Assembly (NCBI RefSeq): GCF_006345805.1
Contig: NC_043002.1
Span: 51,274,001 to 51,338,000, forward strand
Direction: 5' to 3'
DNA length: 64,000 nucleotides
DNA from: Octopus sinensis
Lineage: Eukaryota
Positions 13,336-23,619 of this stretch are shown piece by piece; the stretch's first letter is position 1, and every line of letters begins with the position of its first letter. A program made the translations under genes and the position numbers. The notes beneath the pieces were generated by a model. The model did no database searches. It was not told the DNA's origin and saw only the letters and a program-made list of their open reading frames with translations.

Positions 13336-14580
13336 GCTATAAAAATAAGTATATAAAATCTCAGAATGTCAGGATTGGTAAATATCTACAAATGTTTCGT
13401 AGCTAGAACAATGTTTGTGTTTGTTGCGTAACTTGTAACACACATAAATCCTGCTTAGCTAATCTTCAGGTCGTATTACCTTCAAGTTGTTTAGTGAAGT
13501 CTTTTTTATCGTATATTGTCCAGCTTCTGTCATCTATACTAGCAGAATACATAGTTGAAGCTTCCAAATTTCTTACATCAGAAATCTTTGGATTGTACTA
13601 ACATATTATATAAGTGTGTGTTTGGTGTGTGTGTCTGTGTGTCTGTTTATATATGCATACAAACATTTATATGTATGTATGTGGGTGTCTGTCTGTTTAT
13701 ATATGAATGCACACATGTGTGTATGCGCGCGCGCGCGTGTGTTAAAGGCAAATTGAAGCTAATCAGTTTTATTTGTCTCTGATGTGCGTTTCTGTTTTGG
13801 CTGTTGCTGCTGTTCTTCTGTTTTGTCTTTTTTATATAACAAAAGTTCATATTTGACGATGCAGACGGTGTTGTTGTGTCTATGCCGCCTTTCTTTCACA
13901 CTCAGTATATCCAACAGTACGTTATTGAGAATGTCATGCAAATTTGTATTCACATTTTTTTATCATTTTATTTGTTTGGGAAAATGTCATTTGGTTTTTG
14001 TTTTGAGTGAAATTTAGTTGTTACTTCTACCACATCAGGCACCAGGCACTGTTACTTCATACTCTTGTTCTTCCGTTATCGAGCAAATCCATGAGCAAAA
14101 GTATCCTGGTGTTTGGCATGCTTCAAGAATCTGTCGCGATGTTTTCCTGCGACATTCTTCTAATCTTATGTCTGTATTGCCACAGCAGTGGCTCAACCCG
14201 GAGTAGCTCAACCTGCAGTGACTCTTTGATCTCCAAGCTTCGCATCTTGAGGAGTAAGCTTTTCGGTGGTGGACTTCGACAGTAATGCGTATTGTCACCT
14301 CATCTTTCCATAACTTTTATGAACTTGCTTGACATGCACATCGCTGTCGAAATCGAATTACGATTCTCGGGTGCAGAAACGGTCGGCAGATATTTGCAGA
14401 AAGCATGGTACAATTTCACTCATCAAAAGGGGATCTAAAGCATGCATTAAACGGGTTCATTGTCAAGTGCTACAAGACAAGAACATTGGTCCGCTGAGGA
14501 AAGTTTTCCCCGTGCTTACTAATACATCACTGATACATAAGATATTAGAATATTCTTAATTCTTTAAATATCATATAGCT

Positions 14581-14937
14581 CTTTACTCTTTCACTCTTTT
14601 ACTTGTTTAAGTCATCTGACTGTGGCCATGCTGGTGTACCACCTTTATCTTTTACCGAACTGCTAAGTTACGGGGACGTAAACACACCAGTATCAGTTGT
14701 CAAGCAATGTTGGAGGGACAAACACAGATGCACAAACACATACACACACACACACACATACATATATATATACATATATACGACGGGCTTCTTTCAGTTT
14801 CCCTCTACCAAATCCACTCACAAGGTTTGGTCGGCCCGAGGCTATAGTAGAAGACACTTGCTCAAGGTCCTACGCAGAGGGATTGAACCCGGAACCATGT
14901 GGTTGGTAAGCAAGCTACTTACCACACAGCCACTCCT
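14581..14937 (-). mobile_element. Full-length SINE family B
   Basis: Matches 8966-9373 end to end. Confidence 0.9.
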
Positions 14938-15019
14938 ACGCCCATGCCTGTTTCTCATTTATATTCCCATCGTTCTTATACGAATTGCTGTTCGACAAAG
15001 ACAAAACACCTGTATGATA

Positions 15020-15182
15020 CGAGATCATATCAAAAAGTACTCGGACTAGTTCTGTAGCGTGCCAACAGATGGCAGCACACGGTGTGATCACGTGTATGCT
15101 GTAATCTGCAGTTTTGTCATGGACAGGAACAAAGAGCTAACGGGAAATTTTGCGTTAAAATTGGTAAGTCTGCCACAGAAAC
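15020..15182 (+). mobile_element. Mariner 5' fragment (same family as 26897-28204)
   Basis: TA at 15018-15019; TIR cgagatcatatcaaaaagtactcggactagtt; ATG at 15119 gives a frameshifted MDRNKE..KFCVKIGKSATET. Confidence 0.8.
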
Positions 15183-15199
15183 ATTATCTCTCTCTTTCT

Positions 15200-15376
15200 C
15201 TCTATATATCCATCTATCTATCTAGTTATCTATTTATCTATTTATTTATACATACATACAATACATACGTACATACAAACATACATGCATAGATACATGC
15301 ATATAAATGCGTATTTATATTTATATACATCTATATATAGAGAGAGAGTGGGAGGAAGAGAGACAGACAGACAGAC

Positions 15377-15435
<59 letters not shown>

Positions 15436-15510
15436 TGACAGACAGACAGGTATACAGACAGACAGATAGACGAACGGACGAATGGACGGACGGGCAGACA
15501 AACAGACAGA
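15200..15510. repeat. (TCTA)n/(ACAT)n/(ACAG)n microsatellites
   Basis: Directly visible. Confidence 0.95.
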
Positions 15511-15544
15511 AATGCTTTCATACAAACATGTGTGCATACGTGGA

Positions 15545-15650
15545 GATCATGCACTGTTTCCGTCTTCCAAATTCCAGCATAGAGTGGGTGACACTTACCC
15601 AAGGTGCCACATAGTGAGACGGAATGCGGAGCTACATGGCCGCCAAACAA
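15545..15650 (-). mobile_element. SINE family B fragment
   Basis: gtttccgtct..acacttacccaaggtgccacatagtgag. Confidence 0.65.
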
Positions 15651-16408
15651 GCGTCTTGTCTATACATGTTTATATTACTTTTATACATACGTCACTTTCA
15701 TATTACACATTATATCATCATATATGTGATTATGTCACCTTCATACTGTTATTCAAGTATATATATTTTAATAGATAATCGTTATATTGTGAAATTTATT
15801 GACAGTATGTCAGTCATTTTAGACTGAATCGAAAATATATGTATTGCCAATTTAAATATATATCATATTGATTTCTTAAGCGTCTCTGGTTCTGAAATAT
15901 CATTATTGCTGTTGTTCATGATGATAATGATGATGATGTTTTTGTTGTTGTTTTTGTTGCTATGTGAGTCGTTCATGTTATTTTCTTGACTATTAATGTC
16001 TCTTTTGAGAGTTGATGTTTTATATTATATATTGTAATATACATTACAACATAATACACACACATAGAGAAAGACAGACACACATAAACACACATACACA
16101 CATCCGCATATACTCTGTGTGTGTGTATGTGTGTAATACAGCGTTGGCCAAAAGTCACCAGACAGTAAAGCAAAACCATTTAATTCCAAGATTAAAACAA
16201 AAAATTATTTTATATGAAACTTCGCTAATAAAAAGACAAATGTTGAAAAAACAACAGTGATTTTAACCCACACCATTCAATTATTAAACCTTCATCATTG
16301 GAATGAATAAATAAACTTGAATATTATGTATTTATGGAATTTTGATTTACTATCGGGTAACCTTTGGCCAACACAGTATGTGTGTGTGTTTATATATATA
16401 TATATCTG

Positions 16409-17260
16409 AAGACGCGTGGTCTAGTGGTGAAGGTGTTGTATTCACGATCGGAAGATCGTGGTCTCGAACCCGGACCGGCGTTGCATTATGCTGTTGACTT
16501 AAATACTTCATTTCACTTTGCTTCCAGTCCACTCAGCTCTGTGTCACCAACCCTTCGACGCACTGGAGTCCCGTTCGCGAAATTTTTCTCACGAGAGTTC
16601 CGGAACCTAGTTATGAACTCATTTGCATACACCCAATCAGAGCTCAGCTATCAAGCTAACTTATGAGCACATTACAAGTAATGAGCGATAAGATAAGGTC
16701 ACTTGGGTAAGAAATGACCATGCTTCTTTTCACTTTTAAGATTGCATGTTGGTCTTGTCCTTGTCTCAACCATGACTGCCCCTGCGTAGTTATTTGCGTT
16801 GCTTACTTTGTAAAACAGTAAGGAGAGAGGGTTGCTTGCACATCAGCCTTTACTCATATTTTCCCCTTTACGATATCTTCATCTTTACGATATGTGACCC
16901 TGACAAAATCCGACAATTGGTACAGATGCAAATCTATGTAATTTCTTGTCGCCTTTTAAAATCAGGCATAACTTGGCGATCGGTCGACTACACTGTTCTT
17001 CGTCTTGAGTTTACTTGGTAGAGCGTGTTTGTTAACTTGACATGGTCAAGGTGAGCTCTGATTAGATGTATGCAAATGAGTTCATTACTGAGGTCCGGAA
17101 CTCACGTGGGGAAAAAAATCGTGTCCCGTTCAGCGTTGCAGGCATGTTGGCATATCCGCCTAGCCAGTAGGATGGCATCTTTCGAAAATTACAACAATGC
17201 GCGGAAGCGCATTGTGAGCAACGGTGTGTAACAATATCCGACAGTCTGGTCGATGCAGTC
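16409..17260 (+). mobile_element. SINE family C split by a Mutator-like MITE
   Basis: Head gacgcgtggtctagtggt..gtctcgaacc; the body resumes after 17131 with catatccgcctagccagtaggatggcatc as in 7650-7925. Confidence 0.75.
16577..17122. mobile_element. Mutator-like MITE, 546 bp, ~85-bp TIRs, 9-bp TSD
   Basis: TSD gtcccgttc at 16568-16576 and 17123-17131; TIRs cacgagagttccggaacc..gaactcatttgcatacacccaatcagagctca versus tgagctctgattagatgtatgcaaatgagttc..ggtccggaactcacgtg. Confidence 0.85.
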
Positions 17261-17513
17261 AGAGCAGGCCAGATATGGGGACATGTACCCTTGTAGCGTG
17301 TCGCTGCATCCAGTATTTCTTAGTATCTGCTCGGGTTACTCCAGACAACCCACCTAGCAAAATCTCAGCCAGTCTCCGTCTCTGTGAGATATTACCTCAT
17401 TCGCCGTAACCATTTGGCATCTGAACGCCCAAATGAACCGTTACACCAACTAGATACTCTGGAGAAGAGGACATGATATGCAGGATCGAACTCAGAAAGT
17501 CGACACAGTGATA

Positions 17514-17920
17514 TCTTTTATCTTTTGCTTATTTCAGTCATTAGACTGCGGCCATGCAGGGGCACCACCTTGAAAATTTTTAGTCGAATGAATCCGCCCC
17601 AGTACTTCCTTTTTTTTTTTAAGCCTGGTATTTATTCCGTTGGTTTCTTTTGCTGAACTGCTAAATTAAGGGGACGTAAAGACACCAACACCAGTCGTCA
17701 AGAGGTAGAGGGGACAAACTCAGAAACAAAGACGCACGCACACACATGTGTGTGTATAAATATACGACGGGCTTCTTTCAGTTTCCGTCTACCAAATCCA
17801 GTCATAATGCTTTGGTCGGGCCGCGGCTATAAGTAGAAGACACTTGCCCAAAGTACCATGCAGTGGAGTGAACTTGGAACCATGTAATTGAAAAGCAAGT
17901 TTCCTACATACAGCTACGAC
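17514..17920 (-). mobile_element. Full-length SINE family B
   Basis: Matches the family consensus. Confidence 0.88.
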
Positions 17921-17960
17921 TGTATCAATCTGTATATACATATAGCTACGTCTGTATCTA

Positions 17961-18034
<74 letters not shown>

Positions 18035-18596
18035 CAGAAAGAGAGAGAGAGAGGGAGAGAACGATGTATATACATATTTATACACACACACATTTATAGG
18101 CCCGCAAATGTCAAGATTAACCATACATGTGCAAGCCTGTACAAGAGTTTTGGAGAAGGGCTGCAACTTACCATACATTAAAGTTTCCCTTCTCTATGTT
18201 AATATATAGTTAAATGATGACTTGCTTATCCTACAATTATAGCTACATGATTGTTAATGAAAGTAGATACGTGGCAATCAGCATGAGATAACTTATTGAA
18301 AAACTATCAGCAATGGTTGTGTCAACGCAAGGACCGAACTTCAAATGCCTTCGTTTCTTTCAAGATTACTAATAATACATTAGTGTGGCAAAATTCTTTG
18401 TTCCAAGTTCAGACCTGTTATTTAGATAAACTACGTTCACAAGCAGTGCAGAAGTATTGATAAATAATAATTATCCCCATTTAAACGTGGTTGTTCTTTT
18501 AGGACAAACTATACTGCTTTAGCTATCATGAGAGAAACTCTCATATTGGACTTTTGGTGCAAAATGCACACTTGTTTATATCGTTAGTCTTGCTAC

Positions 18597-18763
18597 TGTT
18601 GTGTGGACACCCCCAGACGTTGAAGTAGGCTAGCCTAGTACGTAGATATAGAGGGAGAAGCCTAGATGTCAGAAGCTCAGCTGAGAGAGTAGCAGTGGTA
18701 GACTAGAACAGAGTAGTAGTAGAGCCGAGTTGAGTAGAAGGCATCCGAAGGTGCGACATAACA
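18597..18763. mobile_element. Solo LTR (or TRIM-like remnant), 167 bp
   Basis: TG...CA ends (tgttgtgtgg / cgacataaca, 8/10 inverted match) and a perfect 5-bp TSD gctac at 18592-18596 and 18764-18768. Confidence 0.8.
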
Positions 18764-18924
18764 GCTACCAAACACCAACATGAAATTTTCTGTCATTGTA
18801 ACTATTGCAGAATGGTTGGTTCTGACAGAACATCCAGCATTAAGTGGGTATAGACATTACCTCTTGGTATCTCTACTGCCTCCATCTCTGATGAGCAGAA
18901 GTAACACTGAAAACCAAAAAAACA

Positions 18925-19065
18925 ACAGAAGACGAAGAAGAAGAAGAAGAGTAGAAGAAGAAGAAGAAGAAGAAGAAGAAGAAGAAGAAGAGAAGAAGAA
19001 GAAGAAGAAGAAGAAGAAGAAGAAGAAGAAGAAGAAAAAAGAAGAAGAAGAAGAACGACAACAAC
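18925..19065 (+). repeat. (GAA)n purine tract
   Basis: Directly visible. Confidence 0.95.
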
Positions 19066-19369
19066 AAGAAAAGCCTCTACTACAACAATACTGTTGATAC
19101 TACTACTACTAATACTAATACTAATACTGTTGCCACTACCAATTTAACAACAAGACAATGACAGTAATGAAGATGATGATGATGATGATGATAATGAAGA
19201 GGAAGAGAAAGAAGATGGCTGAAGACGAATGTGTGATTGAAATAAAACAAGGGGAAACAAAAGAAAGAGAAACGAACGTAAAAGATTTATTTTTAGAAGT
19301 GGATAGAAATTTATAACAGGTGAAGTATATTCATATATTACAAATACACTCATGTACATGCAGGTATAT

Positions 19370-19781
19370 ATGTTTGTATATATGTATATGTATGTGTATA
19401 TATGCTTGTCTGTATTCATAGGTGTATGTGTGTATAGATATTTGTGTATGTATTTAGGAACGTCTGTTTTTTGAATAGGCATTGGAGTATACATATATGT
19501 GTGGGGAGTGAGTGTGTGTGCGTGCGTGCGTGTGTGCGTGCGTGTGTGCGTGCGTGTGTGCGTGCGTGTGTGCGTGCGTGTGCGCGTGCGTGTGCGCGTG
19601 TGCATGTGGGTGCGTATGTGTGTGTGCGTGAGTGCACCTATGTATATGTACATATACTTACATATATATAAACTATATATAACTACGAATGTATATATAA
19701 ATATATACATTCATACATTCACACACAAACACACACTCACAGACATATATATACATATATATATATACGCACATATATGTA

Positions 19782-19821
<40 letters not shown>

Positions 19822-19827
19822 CATACA

Positions 19828-19859
<32 letters not shown>

Positions 19860-20602
19860 CATATATCACAAACGTGTATACATACACACATAAATGTACG
19901 CGTATATACATTCAGTGTATAAGTTGGCTACGTAGGTGTGCATGTATGTATATATGTATTTTTGTATGTATGTATGTATGTATGTATGTATGTATGTATG
20001 TATGTATGTATGTATGTATGTATGTGCGTGCGTGTGTATGTGTATCTCCACATGTGCACTGAATATGATGTAGTTTGCGGAGGCAGGATTGTTGGCTGTT
20101 TAAGGAATGTGAGTGTAAGGTTGTAGCATCTAGAACCAAGAATGTTCAGTAGACCATTAATGACCAGGAGAATGGTTCCCTGCTTCTGTCAAAACCATTC
20201 TTTCATCTGTCGCTGTCAGCAGTAATTATAGATTTACATCAAATTCAGCGTTTATATATATTTTTCCTCTGTATTTTATTTCAAATTTTTTTTATTTAAA
20301 TTTTGTTTAAAATATATTTAATCTGCTTTCCTTTGTTTTGATATTTTTACGTATATTTTTTAAAATCTTTCTCTAAATGATTTTTTTTATCGAAAGCAAG
20401 AAAGACCTATCTATATAACTATCTATCCACCTCCCACTCTATCTGTATATACATACACTTGTACATATATACAAATATACATATATGTATATATATATAT
20501 ATTATATATATATATATTCATATTTATGTGTGTATAAGCGCGTAATGTGTTTCGTGAGCACAAAAAGTATACACACACACACACACCTACACACACACAC
20601 AC

Positions 20603-20654
<52 letters not shown>

Positions 20655-20770
20655 GTATATATGTGTATACATATGTAAATGCATATATACATACATACGT
20701 ATAAAAATAGACATATATGTGTGTGTATATATATTTACATATTTTGAAGTGTATATGTGTGTATATAGCC
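19370..20770. repeat. Compound microsatellites (TG)n, (GTGC)n, (TA)n, (ACAT)n in two blocks
   Basis: Directly visible; unique spacer at ~20060-20420. Confidence 0.9.
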
Positions 20771-21143
20771 AAAGATAAATACTCACGCCAATAAATACGC
20801 ACTCAAACACACATCGCACAAGCATGAAACAAAAGAGGCCTCCATACTTGATATTGTTGTACAACATATTTATTTGAGTTGAAGATTAATGTAACCATGT
20901 AATCGACAGCTCTATATATACCATGCATCTGTCTATCTATCTATCTATCTATCTATTCTATTCTATCTGTCTAACCATTTACCTATCTGACTGTTTTCCT
21001 CTGTCTGTCTGCCTATCTATCTATCTATCTATCTAACCATCTGTATACCTAGGATAGATAGATAGATTTTTAGTTATATAGAGAGATGTGGCTATATACA
21101 CTTCTAAGTGCTACAAACGTATATAGATAGATTCTAGCAAAAA

Positions 21144-21181
21144 CTGTCCGATGAACGGCAACGCGAAACTCAGAGTAACAG
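21144..21181 (+). ncRNA. Minimal type-I hammerhead ribozyme motif with CCGAUGA core
   Basis: Stem I ctgt/acag; core ccgatga 21148-21154; stem II cg-GCAA-cg (a.c closing mismatch); GAAA 21165-21168; stem III a-c-t..a-g-t; GUA cleavage triplet 21175-21177. Confidence 0.7.
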
Positions 21182-21479
21182 GTTTTGTAGAAGTTTCGGC
21201 TGCTTTAAATAAAGCGTATTACTCTACCACTGGTATTTGAGTACTCTTTTTTTCCACCTTGTTTCATATTTATGTGTTTACTCTGGTATATATATATATA
21301 AGGAGCAAAAATACTGGAGGATCAGTATACACCACGTGGCAAAATTATGAGTTGAAATTATGTGGAAAACATATATAAAAAGTGGGAGAAAATGCCTTCG
21401 ATTCACATAGTTTAATATATTTTTACAAAAAAATTCTTTATATATATATATATATATATATATAATCGATATCGTGGTA

Positions 21480-21910
21480 TCCACCCGGTTTTCGCTATTT
21501 AAATTATCCTATTAAGGGACATTTTGAAGTAATCATTTCTTGTGACAAAGGAATCTTGCCATTTTGGATACTTGAAAAGTAAAGATGAGTCTAAAGAATG
21601 GACAAGGGGAGGCAATATTGGCAAGGAGGAACAACTAATTTCTCAGAATAATTGTTGAAATAGGAATGTGTAAGGATCGGATGGTCAAGTTTATATATTA
21701 AGGTGTGGTTTGTACTTTTGTATGAAAAGGTTTTCCTTGTTTAGGCGTTCTTGTATGGCGATTGAGTTTTTACATTGGTATAATGGAAAAATATATGGAA
21801 ATTCAGTGTTTTATTATATTCGCTCAGGGCTGTCTGCCTGTATTGCAGAAAACGAATCTCTTCTTTATGTAGCATTTATTGAATCAATAAAACTGTTGAT
21901 TTAATAACAC
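21480..21910 (-). mobile_element. Penelope-like element 3' end (GIY-YIG C-terminus plus 3' region)
   Basis: Minus strand encodes YIFPLYQCKNSIAIQERLNKENLFIQKYKPHLNI*, matching the PLE endonuclease tail pattern IFPFY..R..KE..FI.K.KP.LN. Confidence 0.7.
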
Positions 21911-22250
21911 TGTGTATAAACTTTATACATGGAATGACCAATTTTAAATACTATTGGATTTTACTCATAAGGTATTGGAAACGTATATGTATACCATTCT
22001 GTCTAAATAATGGATCTACAAATACAATATCCCTTCATATCCCACATCTGTTTTCATTCCTCCACCCCACTCTCTATTTCGTATCTTATCTGTCTAAATT
22101 AACTATTGCTTAACCATTGGTTAACCATCTTCTCACACCGTCTCCGATGAAGGGATATAATAAATATCCTAGAAACAGCTGTAAGACCTTGTATTTACAA
22201 ATGTTCTAAAATCTACACAGCCTTAATTGTTTATCTCATTACGGAATATA
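21910..22250 (+). mobile_element. Penelope-like element 3' end and terminal repeat (plus strand)
   Basis: Decayed WKRICIPFCLN (compare W..L.T..P.GLN), followed by a hammerhead-bearing pyrimidine-rich repeat ending at (TA)n. Confidence 0.55.
22140..22187 (+). ncRNA. Minimal type-I hammerhead ribozyme motif with CCGAUGA core
   Basis: Stem I gtct/agac; core ccgatga 22144-22150; stem II ggatat-aataa-atatcc; GAAA 22172-22175; palindromic stem III acagctgt; GUA 22181-22183. Confidence 0.75.
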
Positions 22251-22292
22251 TATTTATATATATATACATATATATATATAATATATATATAT

Positions 22293-23200
22293 ACTAGCAG
22301 TATTGCCCGGCTTTGTGTGACTATTAATCACACTGAGGAAAATCGATTAATCTGCGAGTGCAAAATCAATACTTTCTTACACAGTGTACGTACGTGTGCT
22401 CGTACGTTCTATGCACGCGCGTATTAAGCTAAACTTGGATGAAGTTCAATCAAAATTCAATTATTTTGGTTTTATAATCAAGCATTTAATGCCCTCTATT
22501 TTTGCGCATATGTGTTCCATTTCCTCAATAGGAAGTACGTAGAAGCGTTTCATAAATTTTTGTTGATCAAATAATTGCATTGTTGAATTATTCTTTTAGA
22601 TCAGTATTTCTCAACGGGGATTTCAGGGGAGAATTTCAGGGAGTCGCTGGCTATGTATCATGATGATCAAAAATCCGGCCTGCTAAAATTTTGTTAAAGT
22701 GATTCAAACTGCAGACTCAACGCAAAATGGTCACATTTAATTCAAAGCGTTAAAAATGCTATGAAAACAATTGGTATGTGTTCACAAATTCCAAACGATT
22801 AATACGAAAAAACCCTCCAGGTTACATCCCAAAAATTCATTTCTTTGTCGAATTTCTACAATGTTTACGGCGATTCGATTTTATATCTTGATTTTTTATT
22901 TTTCATGCATTTTACGCATGCTTGCACGCGTGATGAACACAGTTCACGTCAAATAGCTGACTGAGTAAAGTTCACTATTCAATGCATGGGATAAGGCCTA
23001 AACAAACACATTATCGATTTTTGCACTTGCGAGATGAATTTCGGAACAGAAATAGCGCAGTTCAATTTTCATTCGCCTAAACTTTAAGTGACCCATTTTT
23101 GGTGGTTCTACGATTTGTTGGCTAGGAAGAGATGTGCCGGGAAGTTAAACACACAAACACACACACAGATACACACACAGACACACAAGTTGAGTTTTAT
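22293..23200 (+). mobile_element. Helitron-like non-autonomous element (Lep1/HINE-like architecture) containing a hAT-like fragment at ~22602
   Basis: Starts t|actagcagtattgcccggctttg; ends in an (acac/acag) microsatellite then gagttttatatata; internal cagtatttctcaacgggg resembles a hAT TIR. Confidence 0.45.
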
Positions 23201-23204
23201 ATAT

Positions 23205-23242
<38 letters not shown>

Positions 23243-23243
<1 letters not shown>

Positions 23244-23401
23244 TGATAAAACGGTAAGATAACAAAAGAAAGAAAGAGACCTCAATATTATGTAAATAGA
23301 GGAAATTTATCTATACAATATGTTACATTACTCGGTAGTCAAGATAAAACTCTGAGTTTCAGATGCCGAAGTGGAAATCCACAACACCATCTCTTCGGTT
23401 A

Positions 23402-23405
<4 letters not shown>
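23243..23405 (-). mobile_element. Penelope-like terminal-repeat fragment flanked by (TA)n on both sides
   Basis: Contains the hammerhead at 23342-23404; (TA)n at 23200-23242 and 23406-23433. Confidence 0.6.
23342..23404 (-). ncRNA. Type-I hammerhead ribozyme motif with CCGAAGA core
   Basis: Minus strand: agataa-CCGAAGA-gatg..gtgga-tt-tccac..catc-t-GAAA-c-tcaga-g-UU-ttatct; perfect 6-bp stem I and GUU cleavage triplet. Confidence 0.72.
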
Positions 23406-23438
<33 letters not shown>

Positions 23439-23619
23439 TTTGTGTGTGTAATTATTTTGGGGAGTAGTGGTTCTCGAAGAAGAGTAAGTTATAAATACCA
23501 ACATATAAAGATTGGTTTGGTAAAACCTTTTGGAAAGAGAAAGTTAAGGGACGTCAGCGATGTGTGCGTGTGTGTGTGTCTGTATATTTGTATATTTATA
23601 TACTTGTAGTTGTGTATAC

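Noticed and set aside
13383-13472. Minus-strand CTGAAGA..tagct/agcta..GAAAC-attt-GTA hammerhead-like motif
   Set aside because: Stem I does not pair and the stem II closing pair is mismatched; at most a dead relic
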